Virus record (IMG/VR): IMGVR_UViG_3300020469_003811
Coordinates: 3,795-67,794 of that record
Reading direction: 5' to 3' (one strand)
From: a virus
DNA length: 64,000 nucleotides
The stretch's first letter is position 1, and each line of letters opens with the position of its first letter. The notes under the pieces are model-generated. The model worked only from the letters and a program-made list of their open reading frames with translations. It was not told the origin of the DNA and made no database searches. Positions 1-9,343 of the stretch are shown piece by piece. The translations under genes and the position numbers were made by a program.

Positions 1-128
1 AAACAAGTGACAATATGCAATATTACCCAAAATGTTCTAATGATTAAAACTTGTCTGTCATAATCTTTAGTTTTATCATCTGAGAATGATCCTAATGCAT
101 ACTGCCATATTTTTAGTAAACTTTTCAT
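1..128 (-). CDS. small hypothetical membrane protein (partial, runs off window)
   Basis: Read manually: MKSLLKIWQYALGSFSDDKTKDYDRQVLIIRTFWVILHIVTC..., ATG overlaps the TGA of the upstream gene (ATGA). Confidence 0.6.
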   Translation of the reverse strand, partial: MKSLLKIWQYALGSFSDDKTKDYDRQVLIIRTFWVILHIVTC

Positions 129-508
129 AATTTTTCTATATACTTTTTTAATTCTTTGTCTTGCACATCTTTTGGTATTTCATTCTTGTAAAATATTTTA
201 TAACTATCACTGCCATACTTGCCTATTCCGTATAAGTCAGATGCTTCTTTTCCATTCCAACTCAAGAAGTCTACACTCATACCTCTTAATCTCTTAGCCC
301 TAACTTTCCACATACCAAGTGGCTTCAATATTCTTTGTTGTGTTTTTACTCTGCCACGTATAAATTTTACAGCATTTGGATATCTTTTGAATAACTCTGG
401 CAACACCTGTTTAACTTGTTTTCTATAAGTTTGATTAAGGCATATGACACCAACCATGTGTTGCCATTTGCTTTTGACTTGTTGTTGTACCATTAAATGT
501 TCTACCAT
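125..508 (-). CDS. HhH-GPD (MBD4-like) DNA glycosylase
   Basis: ICLNQT...LFKRYP...LGM..RA and HhH hairpin LYGIGKYGSDSY. Confidence 0.7.
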   Translation of the reverse strand: MVEHLMVQQQVKSKWQHMVGVICLNQTYRKQVKQVLPELFKRYPNAVKFIRGRVKTQQRILKPLGMWKVRAKRLRGMSVDFLSWNGKEASDLYGIGKYGSDSYKIFYKNEIPKDVQDKELKKYIEKL

Positions 509-648
509 AACTTAAATCTTTCTAGCTTTTTTAATAGTTCTTTTATGGGTTTATAAACCGTCCATATTTCTTCAATATGGCTATCAAGTTTCTTTTCCAA
601 CTTGTCTAACTTCTTCTCAATTCTGTCTAATTGTTTTTTATCGATCAT
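502..648 (-). CDS. small coiled-coil hypothetical protein (48 aa, not in ORF track)
   Basis: MIDKKQLDRIEKKLDKLEKKLDSHIEEIW...RFKLW*; fills the gap and overlaps both neighbours. Confidence 0.6.
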   Translation of the reverse strand: MIDKKQLDRIEKKLDKLEKKLDSHIEEIWTVYKPIKELLKKLERFKLW

Positions 649-1121
649 TTTATCAACTTAATGTCTTTATCTGAATAGCCAGCATCTTTGGCTAATTGTG
701 AAATTTCTTTTTTTGTTAATGTGGATTTCAATAACTGTAGTTCATCGTTTTTTGCATTTGGATAAACTTCTGATAGAAATTCTTCTACTTTTCCTTTTTT
801 ACGTTTGTTTCCTTTAGGTGCTTTGATCCATGGATGAAACATTTTCTTTCCTGATCCACATAAGCATAATAACTTCCAAAATAACCTACTAGTATCATGA
901 TGTTTCTGTAACGTAGAAAAGTCTCTATTACAGAATTCATTGATATTTTCAATATATGATTCTTGTAAATATTTGTTTCCTTTGATACTTGATACAAAAC
1001 GCATAGCTACATATGGTGAAAATGACTTTTTTTCTTCTTCATCTAAACTGTCATACCAATCCATATTACCAATATCGATATTGTATAGCATTTGATTTAG
1101 GTTTAATTGTTTTTTTGCCAT
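645..1121 (-). CDS. probable clamp-loader small subunit (T4 gp62-like)
   Basis: FSPY.AMRF motif, K.FHPWIK segment, size and replication-gene context. Confidence 0.5.
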   Translation of the reverse strand: MAKKQLNLNQMLYNIDIGNMDWYDSLDEEEKKSFSPYVAMRFVSSIKGNKYLQESYIENINEFCNRDFSTLQKHHDTSRLFWKLLCLCGSGKKMFHPWIKAPKGNKRKKGKVEEFLSEVYPNAKNDELQLLKSTLTKKEISQLAKDAGYSDKDIKLIK

Positions 1122-1621
1122 TAAAAGAAAGATCCTACATCCATTGTATCTGGTAATTGATTAATATCTTTTGCAAAATACAAACAGTCTGGATTTTCTC
1201 CTTCACCTAGTGGAACAGCAATAATATGTCCAAATTTAAGTTTTGGAAAATACCATTTAACCTCTTGAAATACATTTACTACTTTTATTTCTGCTGAATT
1301 TATTAGTCCTGTTGTTAATGGGTTCATTGTTAATGCTTCAAAGCCTCTATCATTTAAACTTGTTAATGGAACCATCTCACATTGTCCTAACTCTCTTTCA
1401 ATCACCATTATGCTCCAATCAATTGGCATTTGAATATTAACACCTTTTATTTCTAGTACCATGCTAGGTGCATTAAATGACTCTAAAAAAATTAATGGAA
1501 TAAAAAAGAAATCAATATTTTTTGGATTTGTAGTATCTAATACACAGTACTGAAGATCATCAACGAGTTCAGGAACTTTGTTTAGATTATAACTATGGTT
1601 GTCTGGTGTTAAAATTTTCAT
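1121..1621 (-). CDS. hypothetical phage protein
   Basis: 166-aa ORF translationally coupled to uvsW; no motif recognised. Confidence 0.6.
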   Translation of the reverse strand: MKILTPDNHSYNLNKVPELVDDLQYCVLDTTNPKNIDFFFIPLIFLESFNAPSMVLEIKGVNIQMPIDWSIMVIERELGQCEMVPLTSLNDRGFEALTMNPLTTGLINSAEIKVVNVFQEVKWYFPKLKFGHIIAVPLGEGENPDCLYFAKDINQLPDTMDVGSFF

Positions 1622-3069
1622 ATGTTTACCTTACTTACAGTATACGGGTAATTGGCTTCTTTGTAAAACCTTTTTCTTGTTGTTAAGTGTCTTTTTGAAT
1701 ACTTGCATTTAGAAGTTATGTCCCAAATTTGTACATGGTCTTTATCTTCTGCTTTTCTTATGCCCCTTCCGATACTTTGTATTACCCTTACAAAGCTCTT
1801 TCCGGGTTCTACAAGCACCAAGTTAAATATTCTTGGTATATTGATACCCACAGCCGCGACACCGTATGTTGCAATTAATACTTTGTGTTTTTCTGTTGCT
1901 ACTTCGCTATATTCTTCTTCTCTATCTTCTAGTTTTGTTTTACCTTGTATAAAAACTGCGTCTGGAATTAGGTCTGCTAGTACTTCACCCGACTTAATTC
2001 TATCAACTAGTATTAGAGTATTTCCGCCCGGACGCATTTCTTCAATTAGATTGCTTAAAAATTGTAATCTGGTTGGATCACTTACTAGATATGCTACTTC
2101 TTCTGGATAGCTTCTAAATGATCTCATGTCTTGTGTTTGTATAACATTAACATGACATTGTGCTAGTACACCTCTTTCTTGTAATTCTCTTGCTGACAGT
2201 TTGTTTGACACTTTGCCAATTGATGCTTCTAAACTTACTTGTTCAAATTCTTCTTTTGGTATCGTTCCTGTTAGTCCCCATCTAATAGGTATACCCGCAA
2301 AAGGCCCCGTTAATAACGTTTTAAGCACGTCTGCACGTGCCATGTGTACTTCATCTATCATAACGCACGATACATTATCTAAAAATTCATCAATAGGAAA
2401 ATCAGCTTCTGATTTTTTTGATTTCTTGTGTAAGTTATTCAAACTTTGCCAAGTACAAATAGTATGTGTGTGTCCTAGTTCTTTACGTTCTCCAAAATAC
2501 ACACCAACGTCTAAACCAACTGTTTTATAGTCTGCTTCTGTTTGTGTTACCAAACTTTTATTAGGAACAATTACAATAGTTCTTCCAAACTTTTCACACA
2601 TCTTAGATAGTGCGGCTGTTATAATTGTTTTACCAGCACCTGTGGCTACTTCTTGTAAACTCTGTGGATTACTGATATAATCATTAATTACTTGTACTTG
2701 ATAATCTCTTAACACAATTGGTTCTCCTGCTACTGGATGATTCGCTGGCCATACTTTGTCAGCAAAATATTGTTTGTCAATTTTATCAAAAGAAATATCT
2801 ATATTTTTTCTATAATCCTCAATTTTAATTTCGTATCCATTTTCTTCAATAGTAGGCAACACCCTGTCTAACAAATTCAAATAGGTTCTTGCTCCTATAT
2901 CACAAAAACGTATGTTACCATCCCATCTACCTAGCTTGTATGCAGGTAAATGATATGCATACGGTACGAAAAACTTTAACTTATCAGAAATTTTACGTCT
3001 AGTAGATACATCTAGACCTTCAAATTTGACGTTTACTTCGTCTTTAATCTTTAATATTGCCGTGCTCAT
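1618..3069 (-). CDS. uvsW: UvsW-like SF2 DNA helicase
   Basis: LRDYQ Q-motif, ATGAGKT Walker A, DEVH, GLTGT, QSIGRGIR; adjacent to uvsY/uvsX. Confidence 0.9.
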   Translation of the reverse strand: MSTAILKIKDEVNVKFEGLDVSTRRKISDKLKFFVPYAYHLPAYKLGRWDGNIRFCDIGARTYLNLLDRVLPTIEENGYEIKIEDYRKNIDISFDKIDKQYFADKVWPANHPVAGEPIVLRDYQVQVINDYISNPQSLQEVATGAGKTIITAALSKMCEKFGRTIVIVPNKSLVTQTEADYKTVGLDVGVYFGERKELGHTHTICTWQSLNNLHKKSKKSEADFPIDEFLDNVSCVMIDEVHMARADVLKTLLTGPFAGIPIRWGLTGTIPKEEFEQVSLEASIGKVSNKLSARELQERGVLAQCHVNVIQTQDMRSFRSYPEEVAYLVSDPTRLQFLSNLIEEMRPGGNTLILVDRIKSGEVLADLIPDAVFIQGKTKLEDREEEYSEVATEKHKVLIATYGVAAVGINIPRIFNLVLVEPGKSFVRVIQSIGRGIRKAEDKDHVQIWDITSKCKYSKRHLTTRKRFYKEANYPYTVSKVNI

Positions 3070-3685
3070 CTAGATATGTCTCATTTAATTGATATATTGT
3101 AGTTTCAATTCTTCGTGTATATGTTTGTCCTAGTTCACTAAATTCAGTTAAAAATTTTGCTAGTGTTATAGCATCTGCTTTTTCTTCAAACTTTAACATC
3201 ATTCCTCTAGCCGTTCTAAAACCTTCATATGCTGGATGACGATTTAACAAATCATAATAATATGCTGTACAGTCACACCAATCACTAAAAACTTTTATTC
3301 CCCATTTTGCGTCTGGATTGCCTCTAGCTTTTATTTGCTCCTCGTTTTTATCCCAAGTACGAATGCCAAAAATATTATATGCTTCTTTGGCAAATCTAGA
3401 TGTTCCCCAACCTGACTCATGTGCCGCTTGAGCTATTATTAATGCAGTTGGTATTAGTTGATCTTTCGGCATATCTTTTTCTATTTCATTTAAGCATTTT
3501 TTTATTGCATGAATAAACTTATGCTTGTCGTCCTTATACTGTACTACTTCAATTACAGAGTGTTCTGTTTTAATAATTTTTTGAACTTTTTTAGTTTGTT
3601 TTTTGGGCGTATCTTCTATTAAATCAGTTGTCCAAAATAATATTGGTATTACCAACAGTATTGCTATAAAAAGTATTGTTCTCAT
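3044..3685 (-). CDS. GH73 glucosaminidase (Bax/FlgJ-like peptidoglycan hydrolase) with N-terminal membrane anchor
   Basis: AQAAHESGWGTSRFA..YNIFGI motif; hydrophobic N-terminus. Confidence 0.8.
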   Translation of the reverse strand: MRTILFIAILLVIPILFWTTDLIEDTPKKQTKKVQKIIKTEHSVIEVVQYKDDKHKFIHAIKKCLNEIEKDMPKDQLIPTALIIAQAAHESGWGTSRFAKEAYNIFGIRTWDKNEEQIKARGNPDAKWGIKVFSDWCDCTAYYYDLLNRHPAYEGFRTARGMMLKFEEKADAITLAKFLTEFSELGQTYTRRIETTIYQLNETYLDEHGNIKD

Positions 3686-3704
3686 ATATTATTATAACAC
3701 AAAA

Positions 3705-4175
3705 TTATTTTTTTGCAAATAATTCCGCATCATCTAACCCTGCTACCCTTAATTTTACAATGTTATTAATTTGAAACTGCTTTGAATCAATAGCTTTTAA
3801 CAATCCTAAAAACTTATTCCTCAATAATGCAAACTCATTTACTAGATTCGAAGTGTCTACTACTTCCTGTTCTCCTTCAATATAGTTTTTTACATCATTT
3901 GATGTTAATGCTCGTTGATAGTTTTCTAAATATGTTCTATAGTATTTGCTTTTTACTTGCCTTAATTTAATATTTAGAAATTCTAAGATGGCTTCAATTT
4001 CTTGCAATTGGTTAAACCTATGTTCTACTATTCCTGGAACATTACTAGCATTCTTTTCAATATTTCCTTTCATGCCAGTTTCTACTCTAGCTTCTTCCAA
4101 CTGATCTTCAAAATGGTCTATACAGTCAGGAAGTTTACTCAAGTTTTGTGAAACTATATTATACCATTTTGCCAT
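3705..4175 (-). CDS. uvsY: recombination mediator UvsY
   Basis: Helical 156-aa protein, KQFQINNIVKLRVAG C-terminus, between uvsX and uvsW. Confidence 0.75.
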   Translation of the reverse strand: MAKWYNIVSQNLSKLPDCIDHFEDQLEEARVETGMKGNIEKNASNVPGIVEHRFNQLQEIEAILEFLNIKLRQVKSKYYRTYLENYQRALTSNDVKNYIEGEQEVVDTSNLVNEFALLRNKFLGLLKAIDSKQFQINNIVKLRVAGLDDAELFAKK

Positions 4176-4438
4176 TAATAATCATCACTTTCTGCATCAC
4201 TTCCATAATCTTCTGAATAGTCTTCATCATCATCTGTATCAAGATAGTAACCATCAATAGCATCAGCTAGATAATCATCAACATCTTTAAACTCTTGCTG
4301 AGCTTGATCATCTAACCCATACTCGTCTAATAATAGCACAAAGGCTTTAGCGGCATCTAACCTGTCTTTTGCAGGAACGTAGTTACTCAGTTTCTGCCAT
4401 GTCTCTATTAGAAGCTCGATTTCCGTCTGTGTCATCAT
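4175..4438 (-). CDS. acidic hypothetical protein
   Basis: 87-aa ORF with D/E-rich tail in uvsX-uvsY operon. Confidence 0.6.
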   Translation of the reverse strand: MMTQTEIELLIETWQKLSNYVPAKDRLDAAKAFVLLLDEYGLDDQAQQEFKDVDDYLADAIDGYYLDTDDDEDYSEDYGSDAESDDY

Positions 4439-5492
4439 TCTCTACATCCTTTGTTTTACTTGATGGTGTTGGTTCTTTAAATTCAGCCATTACTAAATCT
4501 AAATTTTCACCTGTCCATTGTTTTCTAAAATGAATATGTTCTTTACCCATTCTATCAATATATTTTAGTCTATTTCCTTGTTTTACTAGCAATCCTTTTT
4601 TCTCAAAAAGTTCTACCATACCACTATATGGATCCATTCCTGCCCCATAAGGAATTTTTACTTGTACTCCTTCAAAAGGTTTATTGAATCTAGTTTTCAT
4701 TACTTTACAAGCGGCTCGTATTCCCATGACATCAGTTATTTTATTGCCATCTTCATCTTCTTTAAGTTTTAATTTACGCATAGCAACTACTACACTTGAT
4801 GCATAAACAAAGCCTTGTCCGCCTGATATTTTATCATCTGGATCAAACATATCTTGTGATGCATACGTGTGGTTGGTACAAACTAATCCAATATTTAAAG
4901 CACCAATTAAGTTTACTGTGTTTCTGATTAGTGCTGTCAATGATTTGGCTTTTCTTCCTAAATCACCTTTCATTTCACCTTTTTGAAATTGATCTCTATC
5001 TGTTGGTGTTAGTAACATACCTAAACTGTCAACCACAAATAAAATTTTTGGTCTTTCTTCTGCTGGTTTGTCTTCATAATCTTTTTTATAATTTATAATG
5101 AAGTCACTAATAATTTTAGCAACATCATCTACCATTGCAACACTAATTCTTAAAAGTTTTTCTGGTGATGTGTCTACTTCTAATGCATTTAACCATGCTT
5201 CGTCTAATGCATTTTCCGAATCCATCACTATACAAAAAACTCCTTGTTTTTGTGCATTAGCAATAAGGTTACCTGATGCAATCAAACTCTTACCTGAACC
5301 TGATTCACCTGCTAACATTGTTACCCTACCTAGAGGTATTCCTTTATTAAAATCTCCACTAATCAAATAATTGAGTGTGTGGTTTCCTGTTGATACCCAA
5401 TCTGTAGGATCAGAATCAAAACCTGTAGAGATTCCTTGTATACTTTTTGTTAAACTTGTTCTAAATTTACTTACATCAAATGGTCTTACCAT
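4383..5492 (-). CDS. uvsX: RecA-like recombinase UvsX
   Basis: GESGSGKS Walker A, DSENA, VVDSLG Walker B, SGGQGFVYASS. Confidence 0.92.
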   Translation of the reverse strand: MVRPFDVSKFRTSLTKSIQGISTGFDSDPTDWVSTGNHTLNYLISGDFNKGIPLGRVTMLAGESGSGKSLIASGNLIANAQKQGVFCIVMDSENALDEAWLNALEVDTSPEKLLRISVAMVDDVAKIISDFIINYKKDYEDKPAEERPKILFVVDSLGMLLTPTDRDQFQKGEMKGDLGRKAKSLTALIRNTVNLIGALNIGLVCTNHTYASQDMFDPDDKISGGQGFVYASSVVVAMRKLKLKEDEDGNKITDVMGIRAACKVMKTRFNKPFEGVQVKIPYGAGMDPYSGMVELFEKKGLLVKQGNRLKYIDRMGKEHIHFRKQWTGENLDLVMAEFKEPTPSSKTKDVENDDTDGNRASNRDMAETE

Positions 5493-5559
5493 AATATCTC
5501 CTTGCTGATTCTTGTGGAGAAATAAATTAATACTTCTCCACTTGAATACATTTTAACTT

Positions 5560-6624
5560 TTATTTGTTAGCTTGTCTACTTCTGATCATTGCTAAGATGT
5601 CGTCTGCTGATACTCCAGCGGCCGGTTTAGCTGTGTCAGTTGCCGTTGCTGTTACTGTTTCATTAACAGTTACCTGTGCAGGTGCAGGTGCTACTGGAGT
5701 AGCTACTGCTGGTTGTACTGCTGGTTGTACTGCTTCTGTTTGTACAGGTTGGGCAGGTGTAGTAGCAACAGGAGTTTCAACAGTTTTGTTAACTGTAGTT
5801 GTTGTACTAGCAGAGCTAGATGTGTTTCCACCTCTAGAATTAAAACCTGCTGGCTTATAGTATTGACCAAATCTATCTGGATCATACAGTTCACCATCTA
5901 CAGATGCTTTAAACATTTCTTGCATTACACCAAGTTCTTCTGCTGAAGGTTTCTTTGGCATAAAGTCTGAAAGATTAAACAAACCATACTGGTCTATAGC
6001 ACCTCTTTCTGATTCACTTAATGATCTTGCTTTGAACGACCAAGTAGATGTTGAATAATCTGCATAGCCACCTTTTTGTGTTTTAGTCAATTTAAAATCT
6101 CTACCTGATTCTAAATCAGTTGGTAGATCTTCCATATCAGGATTCATTAATGCTGATCTGATAATGTTAAAGATTGACGGATTAATCACAAAACGTCTAA
6201 TTGGATTTTCCGGTGTCTCTTGTTCGTCTAATGTAGAATTAACTACATAACCTTGGAAAATGTAACTTCTTTTTTTCCAATATTTTCTTCCCATATCTTC
6301 TAGTGCAGGATCTTTAAACCAAGTCCTTACTTCAGATAAAATTGGGCATGGTTCATTAAACATCTCCATACAAGGAATTTGTACTAGAGTAGGTTTTGTA
6401 TCTTGTGAACCTTTAATACCAGGAAATGGTAATTTGATCATAGCTCTTTCTTGCCAAAAGAATGTATTATCTTTATTGCCGTCTGGTAAAAATCTTAGTG
6501 TTGATGTTGTGCCTTCTGGAATATTCCAGAATGGATAAATTGCATTATCCCCTACTGTGCTACCACCTTTTTGTTTTGTTTCTTGTTCTGATAGCTTCGC
6601 TCTTATTTCTGCTAAAGTCGCCAT
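5560..6624 (-). CDS. gp32: single-stranded DNA-binding protein (T4 gp32-like)
   Basis: LRFLPD, CPI, YWKKRSY, GRDFKL.K...YADYS.S motifs; low-complexity C-terminal linker. Confidence 0.85.
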   Translation of the reverse strand: MATLAEIRAKLSEQETKQKGGSTVGDNAIYPFWNIPEGTTSTLRFLPDGNKDNTFFWQERAMIKLPFPGIKGSQDTKPTLVQIPCMEMFNEPCPILSEVRTWFKDPALEDMGRKYWKKRSYIFQGYVVNSTLDEQETPENPIRRFVINPSIFNIIRSALMNPDMEDLPTDLESGRDFKLTKTQKGGYADYSTSTWSFKARSLSESERGAIDQYGLFNLSDFMPKKPSAEELGVMQEMFKASVDGELYDPDRFGQYYKPAGFNSRGGNTSSSASTTTTVNKTVETPVATTPAQPVQTEAVQPAVQPAVATPVAPAPAQVTVNETVTATATDTAKPAAGVSADDILAMIRSRQANK

Positions 6625-6637
6625 ATTATTTCTCCTT

Positions 6638-6730
6638 TGCCTATATTAGCCTTTGTTAGCCTTTGTTAGCCTATGTTTGCCTATGTTTGTATATAATAGT
6701 GTTCAATATCATTACTAACATTAAACACTA
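6638..6730 (-). promoter_or_regulatory. gp32 leader: 15-bp GNRA-capped hairpin followed by ~5 tandem 10-nt repeats up to the SD; putative autogenous translational operator
   Basis: Minus strand TAGTGTTTAATGTTA-GTAA-TGATATTGAACACTA (6730-6697), then ACAAACAT AGGCAAACAT AGGCTAACAA AGGCTAACAA AGGCTAATAT AGGCAAAGGAG. Confidence 0.65.
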
Positions 6731-6758
6731 GTATATCTATTTATGACGGAAATGTCAA
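6730..6758 (-). promoter_or_regulatory. sigma70-type promoter for gp32, with embedded late-type ATAAATA
   Basis: TTGACA-17 bp-TATACT. Confidence 0.75.
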
Positions 6759-6767
6759 CCTAAAAAA

Positions 6768-8633
6768 TTAAAAGTTCTTTTTAAAGGTTAACATAAAATT
6801 ACGTCCATCTTGGTTATATCCGTCTGGTCTTTCATACGTTTTGTCTGTTATATTGTTTAAAGACAACACAATATTGGTATCTTTTGCTACTTCATATTTG
6901 GTATGAAAATTGGCTACGCCTACTGCTGGTTTAGTAATTGTAGCATAAGTTGATGAATCAATGTCTAGATGTTCTCCCATATACACATATTCAAGTGAAT
7001 TGTTTGATTTACCTAGTATCCAATCAACTGCTGAAAATGATTGCCACCTAGGTCTTCTTGTAACTTGTTTGTTATTGCTGTCTTGTGCAATCGTCCAAGT
7101 CAATCCATTTCTAAGAAATACATTTTCATTTATCGTTGATGTTGTTTTTATTTCAGCACCATGTCTATTGGATTTGCCTGATGCATTAGAATATGTACTA
7201 TTACCATATGTGATCATATTATCTAAGTCTGTATCAAAATATACAAAGTCCAACGAATGATTGTTAAACTTATATTCAAACCCTATATCAATTGTTTGTG
7301 CTTCTTCTGGTTGTAAGTTAGCATTACCACTGTAACCATAGCTGTCTGCCCCGTACAGTTCGTATAACGTAGGTGTTTTTACTGCTGTTGTGTAATTACT
7401 TTTTAATTTAAAGTTATTTGTTACGGTATATACTCCACCCAATCTATAAGTTGTGTAGTCGCCAAACAAACTTGGATTGTCATGTCTTATACCTATTGAG
7501 TATAAAAAGTCTTCTCCAACATTGACATTACTGTTTAAAAAAACAGATGCATTGTTTCCTTCTTTGTCTACAGATGATGTGTATGAACCTGTGTTATTAA
7601 ACGTACCGTCAAACTGTTCATATTCAATTCCTGGGGTAAAATCAATTTCTTCATTTTGTATTGTGTTAGTAAAAATAAAAGTATTTGAATTGGAATCATA
7701 TGTATCAATTTCAGTACCATTAACATATTCTCTATCGTATTCTGTTCTAGAGAATGTAAAATTACTAAAACCTAATGAGTTATCAATTTTGCTACCAACT
7801 TGATAAAGATTCATATCACTTTTGGATGTGTAATCTAAGTCATCTGATGTGCCGCTGTCTAAGTCAGCATCACTAGTTCGTTTCATTATTGTGGTTCTTA
7901 AATCAAAACCATCATATTTACTTTCAGTATCTAATGTAAAATTGTTTGCATCAAATCCGTCTTTTTCAGTTCCAGTTGGTGCAACTGATATACCATCAGA
8001 TGTTGTTCCATCTGCTGTAAAACTAATAGAATGATTGTTGATATATTTGTGTACTTTTAAAGTTAGACTTTTTGTATCGTTAGATCCTACAGTTGTTGAA
8101 ATTGAGTTTTCGTGTTTGCCTGTAGTGATAAAGTTAATTACACCACCAACTGCGTTTGCACCAAATAGTGTTCCTTGTGAACCTTTTACAACTTGTATTG
8201 CTGTAACGTGTTTGATAAAATCAGAACCTATGTCGTGCAATCCACCTGTTGTAGAGTGATCTTTTATTGCGACACCATTTATTGCAACCATAGTATGATT
8301 AGAATTAGTTCCTCTCATGAATACTGACGTTTGTTGTCCTGTTGATCCTGATTGTATAACTGTCAGTCCGGTAATTCTTTTAATTGCTTGTACTGTGTCT
8401 TGTGTGTTTGTGTTTTGTATTGTATAACTGTCAACGTAATCTACACTCATTGATTCTGTTGTTTTTGATGTAGGATCTCTTAATACGTAAACTGTTATAG
8501 TGACAACTGGTGTGTCATCTTTTTCATATAAAGATTCTGAATTCCAATTATTTGTTTCTTCTGCATTTACGGAATTAAAAATAAATCCCCATGTAAAGAA
8601 TAGTAGTATTACAAGTATTGTCTTTTTAGCCAT
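6768..8633 (-). CDS. btuB: TonB-dependent outer-membrane receptor, BtuB-like (cobalamin)
   Basis: Signal peptide, plug motifs MRGTNSNHT..INGV and VVKGSQGTLFGANAVGGVINFIT, C-terminal GRNFMLTFKKNF; downstream of a cobalamin riboswitch. Confidence 0.8.
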   Translation of the reverse strand: MAKKTILVILLFFTWGFIFNSVNAEETNNWNSESLYEKDDTPVVTITVYVLRDPTSKTTESMSVDYVDSYTIQNTNTQDTVQAIKRITGLTVIQSGSTGQQTSVFMRGTNSNHTMVAINGVAIKDHSTTGGLHDIGSDFIKHVTAIQVVKGSQGTLFGANAVGGVINFITTGKHENSISTTVGSNDTKSLTLKVHKYINNHSISFTADGTTSDGISVAPTGTEKDGFDANNFTLDTESKYDGFDLRTTIMKRTSDADLDSGTSDDLDYTSKSDMNLYQVGSKIDNSLGFSNFTFSRTEYDREYVNGTEIDTYDSNSNTFIFTNTIQNEEIDFTPGIEYEQFDGTFNNTGSYTSSVDKEGNNASVFLNSNVNVGEDFLYSIGIRHDNPSLFGDYTTYRLGGVYTVTNNFKLKSNYTTAVKTPTLYELYGADSYGYSGNANLQPEEAQTIDIGFEYKFNNHSLDFVYFDTDLDNMITYGNSTYSNASGKSNRHGAEIKTTSTINENVFLRNGLTWTIAQDSNNKQVTRRPRWQSFSAVDWILGKSNNSLEYVYMGEHLDIDSSTYATITKPAVGVANFHTKYEVAKDTNIVLSLNNITDKTYERPDGYNQDGRNFMLTFKKNF

Positions 8634-9133
8634 GAATAACTCCTTTTAGCTGTTTCATATATTGCAAATAATACAGAAACATATAAAATAGTACTCACGA
8701 ATGTATTTTGAAAAAATGGAATAGCCATCGTGTAACACATAACTAATCCTTCTAATGTTTTTGGATACATTGTTGACGTCAACCATACAGCAAAATTTGT
8801 TATCACATAAAACATTACTGCTGATCCTACTGATACTGATGCCAAATGTGTTAAGGATTTTTGTTTTAATGTTGATGTACTTAATAGTGTACATAACATT
8901 ATACTTCCATAAACCCAAAACATCGATGAATGCATACCCAAATATAAATCAGATATAAACATCGCCACTAGTGGAATCAACATCGCTGTATAAACATCAC
9001 GGATCATGTATGGCATGAAAACAGCCATGGCTATGATTGGTGTGAAGTTAGGTGGATGTGGTATCAATCTACTTAAAGCAAGAATGCCTGAGTAGTATAA
9101 TATCATTAATAATGTTTTTTTTGTTGTACTCAT
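8609..9133 (-). CDS. polytopic membrane protein, DUF6580/ECF S-component-like putative cobalamin transporter
   Basis: SRLIPHPPNFTPI, SD, TNFAVW, CYTMAIPFF motifs; about 5-6 TM helices; first gene under the riboswitch. Confidence 0.7.
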   Translation of the reverse strand: MSTTKKTLLMILYYSGILALSRLIPHPPNFTPIIAMAVFMPYMIRDVYTAMLIPLVAMFISDLYLGMHSSMFWVYGSIMLCTLLSTSTLKQKSLTHLASVSVGSAVMFYVITNFAVWLTSTMYPKTLEGLVMCYTMAIPFFQNTFVSTILYVSVLFAIYETAKRSYSWLKRQYL

Positions 9134-9184
9134 AACAGTTTTATTTACGTTTCCGTATTGCCACTGTTAACTTTACATTGTAGA

Positions 9185-9302
9185 ACTAGACTTTTCCAGG
9201 CCTTCATTCGACAGCGGACTGTACCGGGTGGCGCTCCGACTTTACGGTTCCTGGAAGAGCCAAGGAATTACACCTTGATTTCCCACCATGCATTTCGGTA
9301 CT
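9185..9302 (-). ncRNA. class II (AdoCbl-variant type) cobalamin riboswitch
   Basis: Minus strand GTACCGAAATGCATGGTGGGAAAT CAAGG-TGTAATT-CCTTG GCTCTTCCAGGAACCGTAAAGTCGGAGCGCCACCCGGTAC AGTCCGCTGTCGAATGA AGGC-CTGGAAAA-GTCT: GGGAA, T-loop hairpin, GCCAC box, closing GTACCG/CGGTAC stem, kissing loops TTCCAG/CTGGAA. Confidence 0.88.
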
Positions 9303-9313
9303 AATTATTCTTT

Positions 9314-9342
9314 AGTATACCTTTTTGTTGCTCCGAAGTCAA
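9314..9342 (-). promoter_or_regulatory. sigma70-type promoter driving the riboswitch-B12 uptake operon
   Basis: TTGACT-17 bp-TATACT ending 11 nt before the aptamer. Confidence 0.8.
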
Positions 9343-9343
9343 T

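Noticed and set aside
5514-5541. GTGGAGAA/TTCTCCAC hairpin as a terminator after gp32
   Set aside because: No U-tract on the coding strand; at most an mRNA-stabilising hairpin
8395-8430. TG-rich stretch in btuB as a third copy of the bipartite element
   Set aside because: No TGTATGCGA unit and no GC box; explained by Thr/Asn/Gln codons
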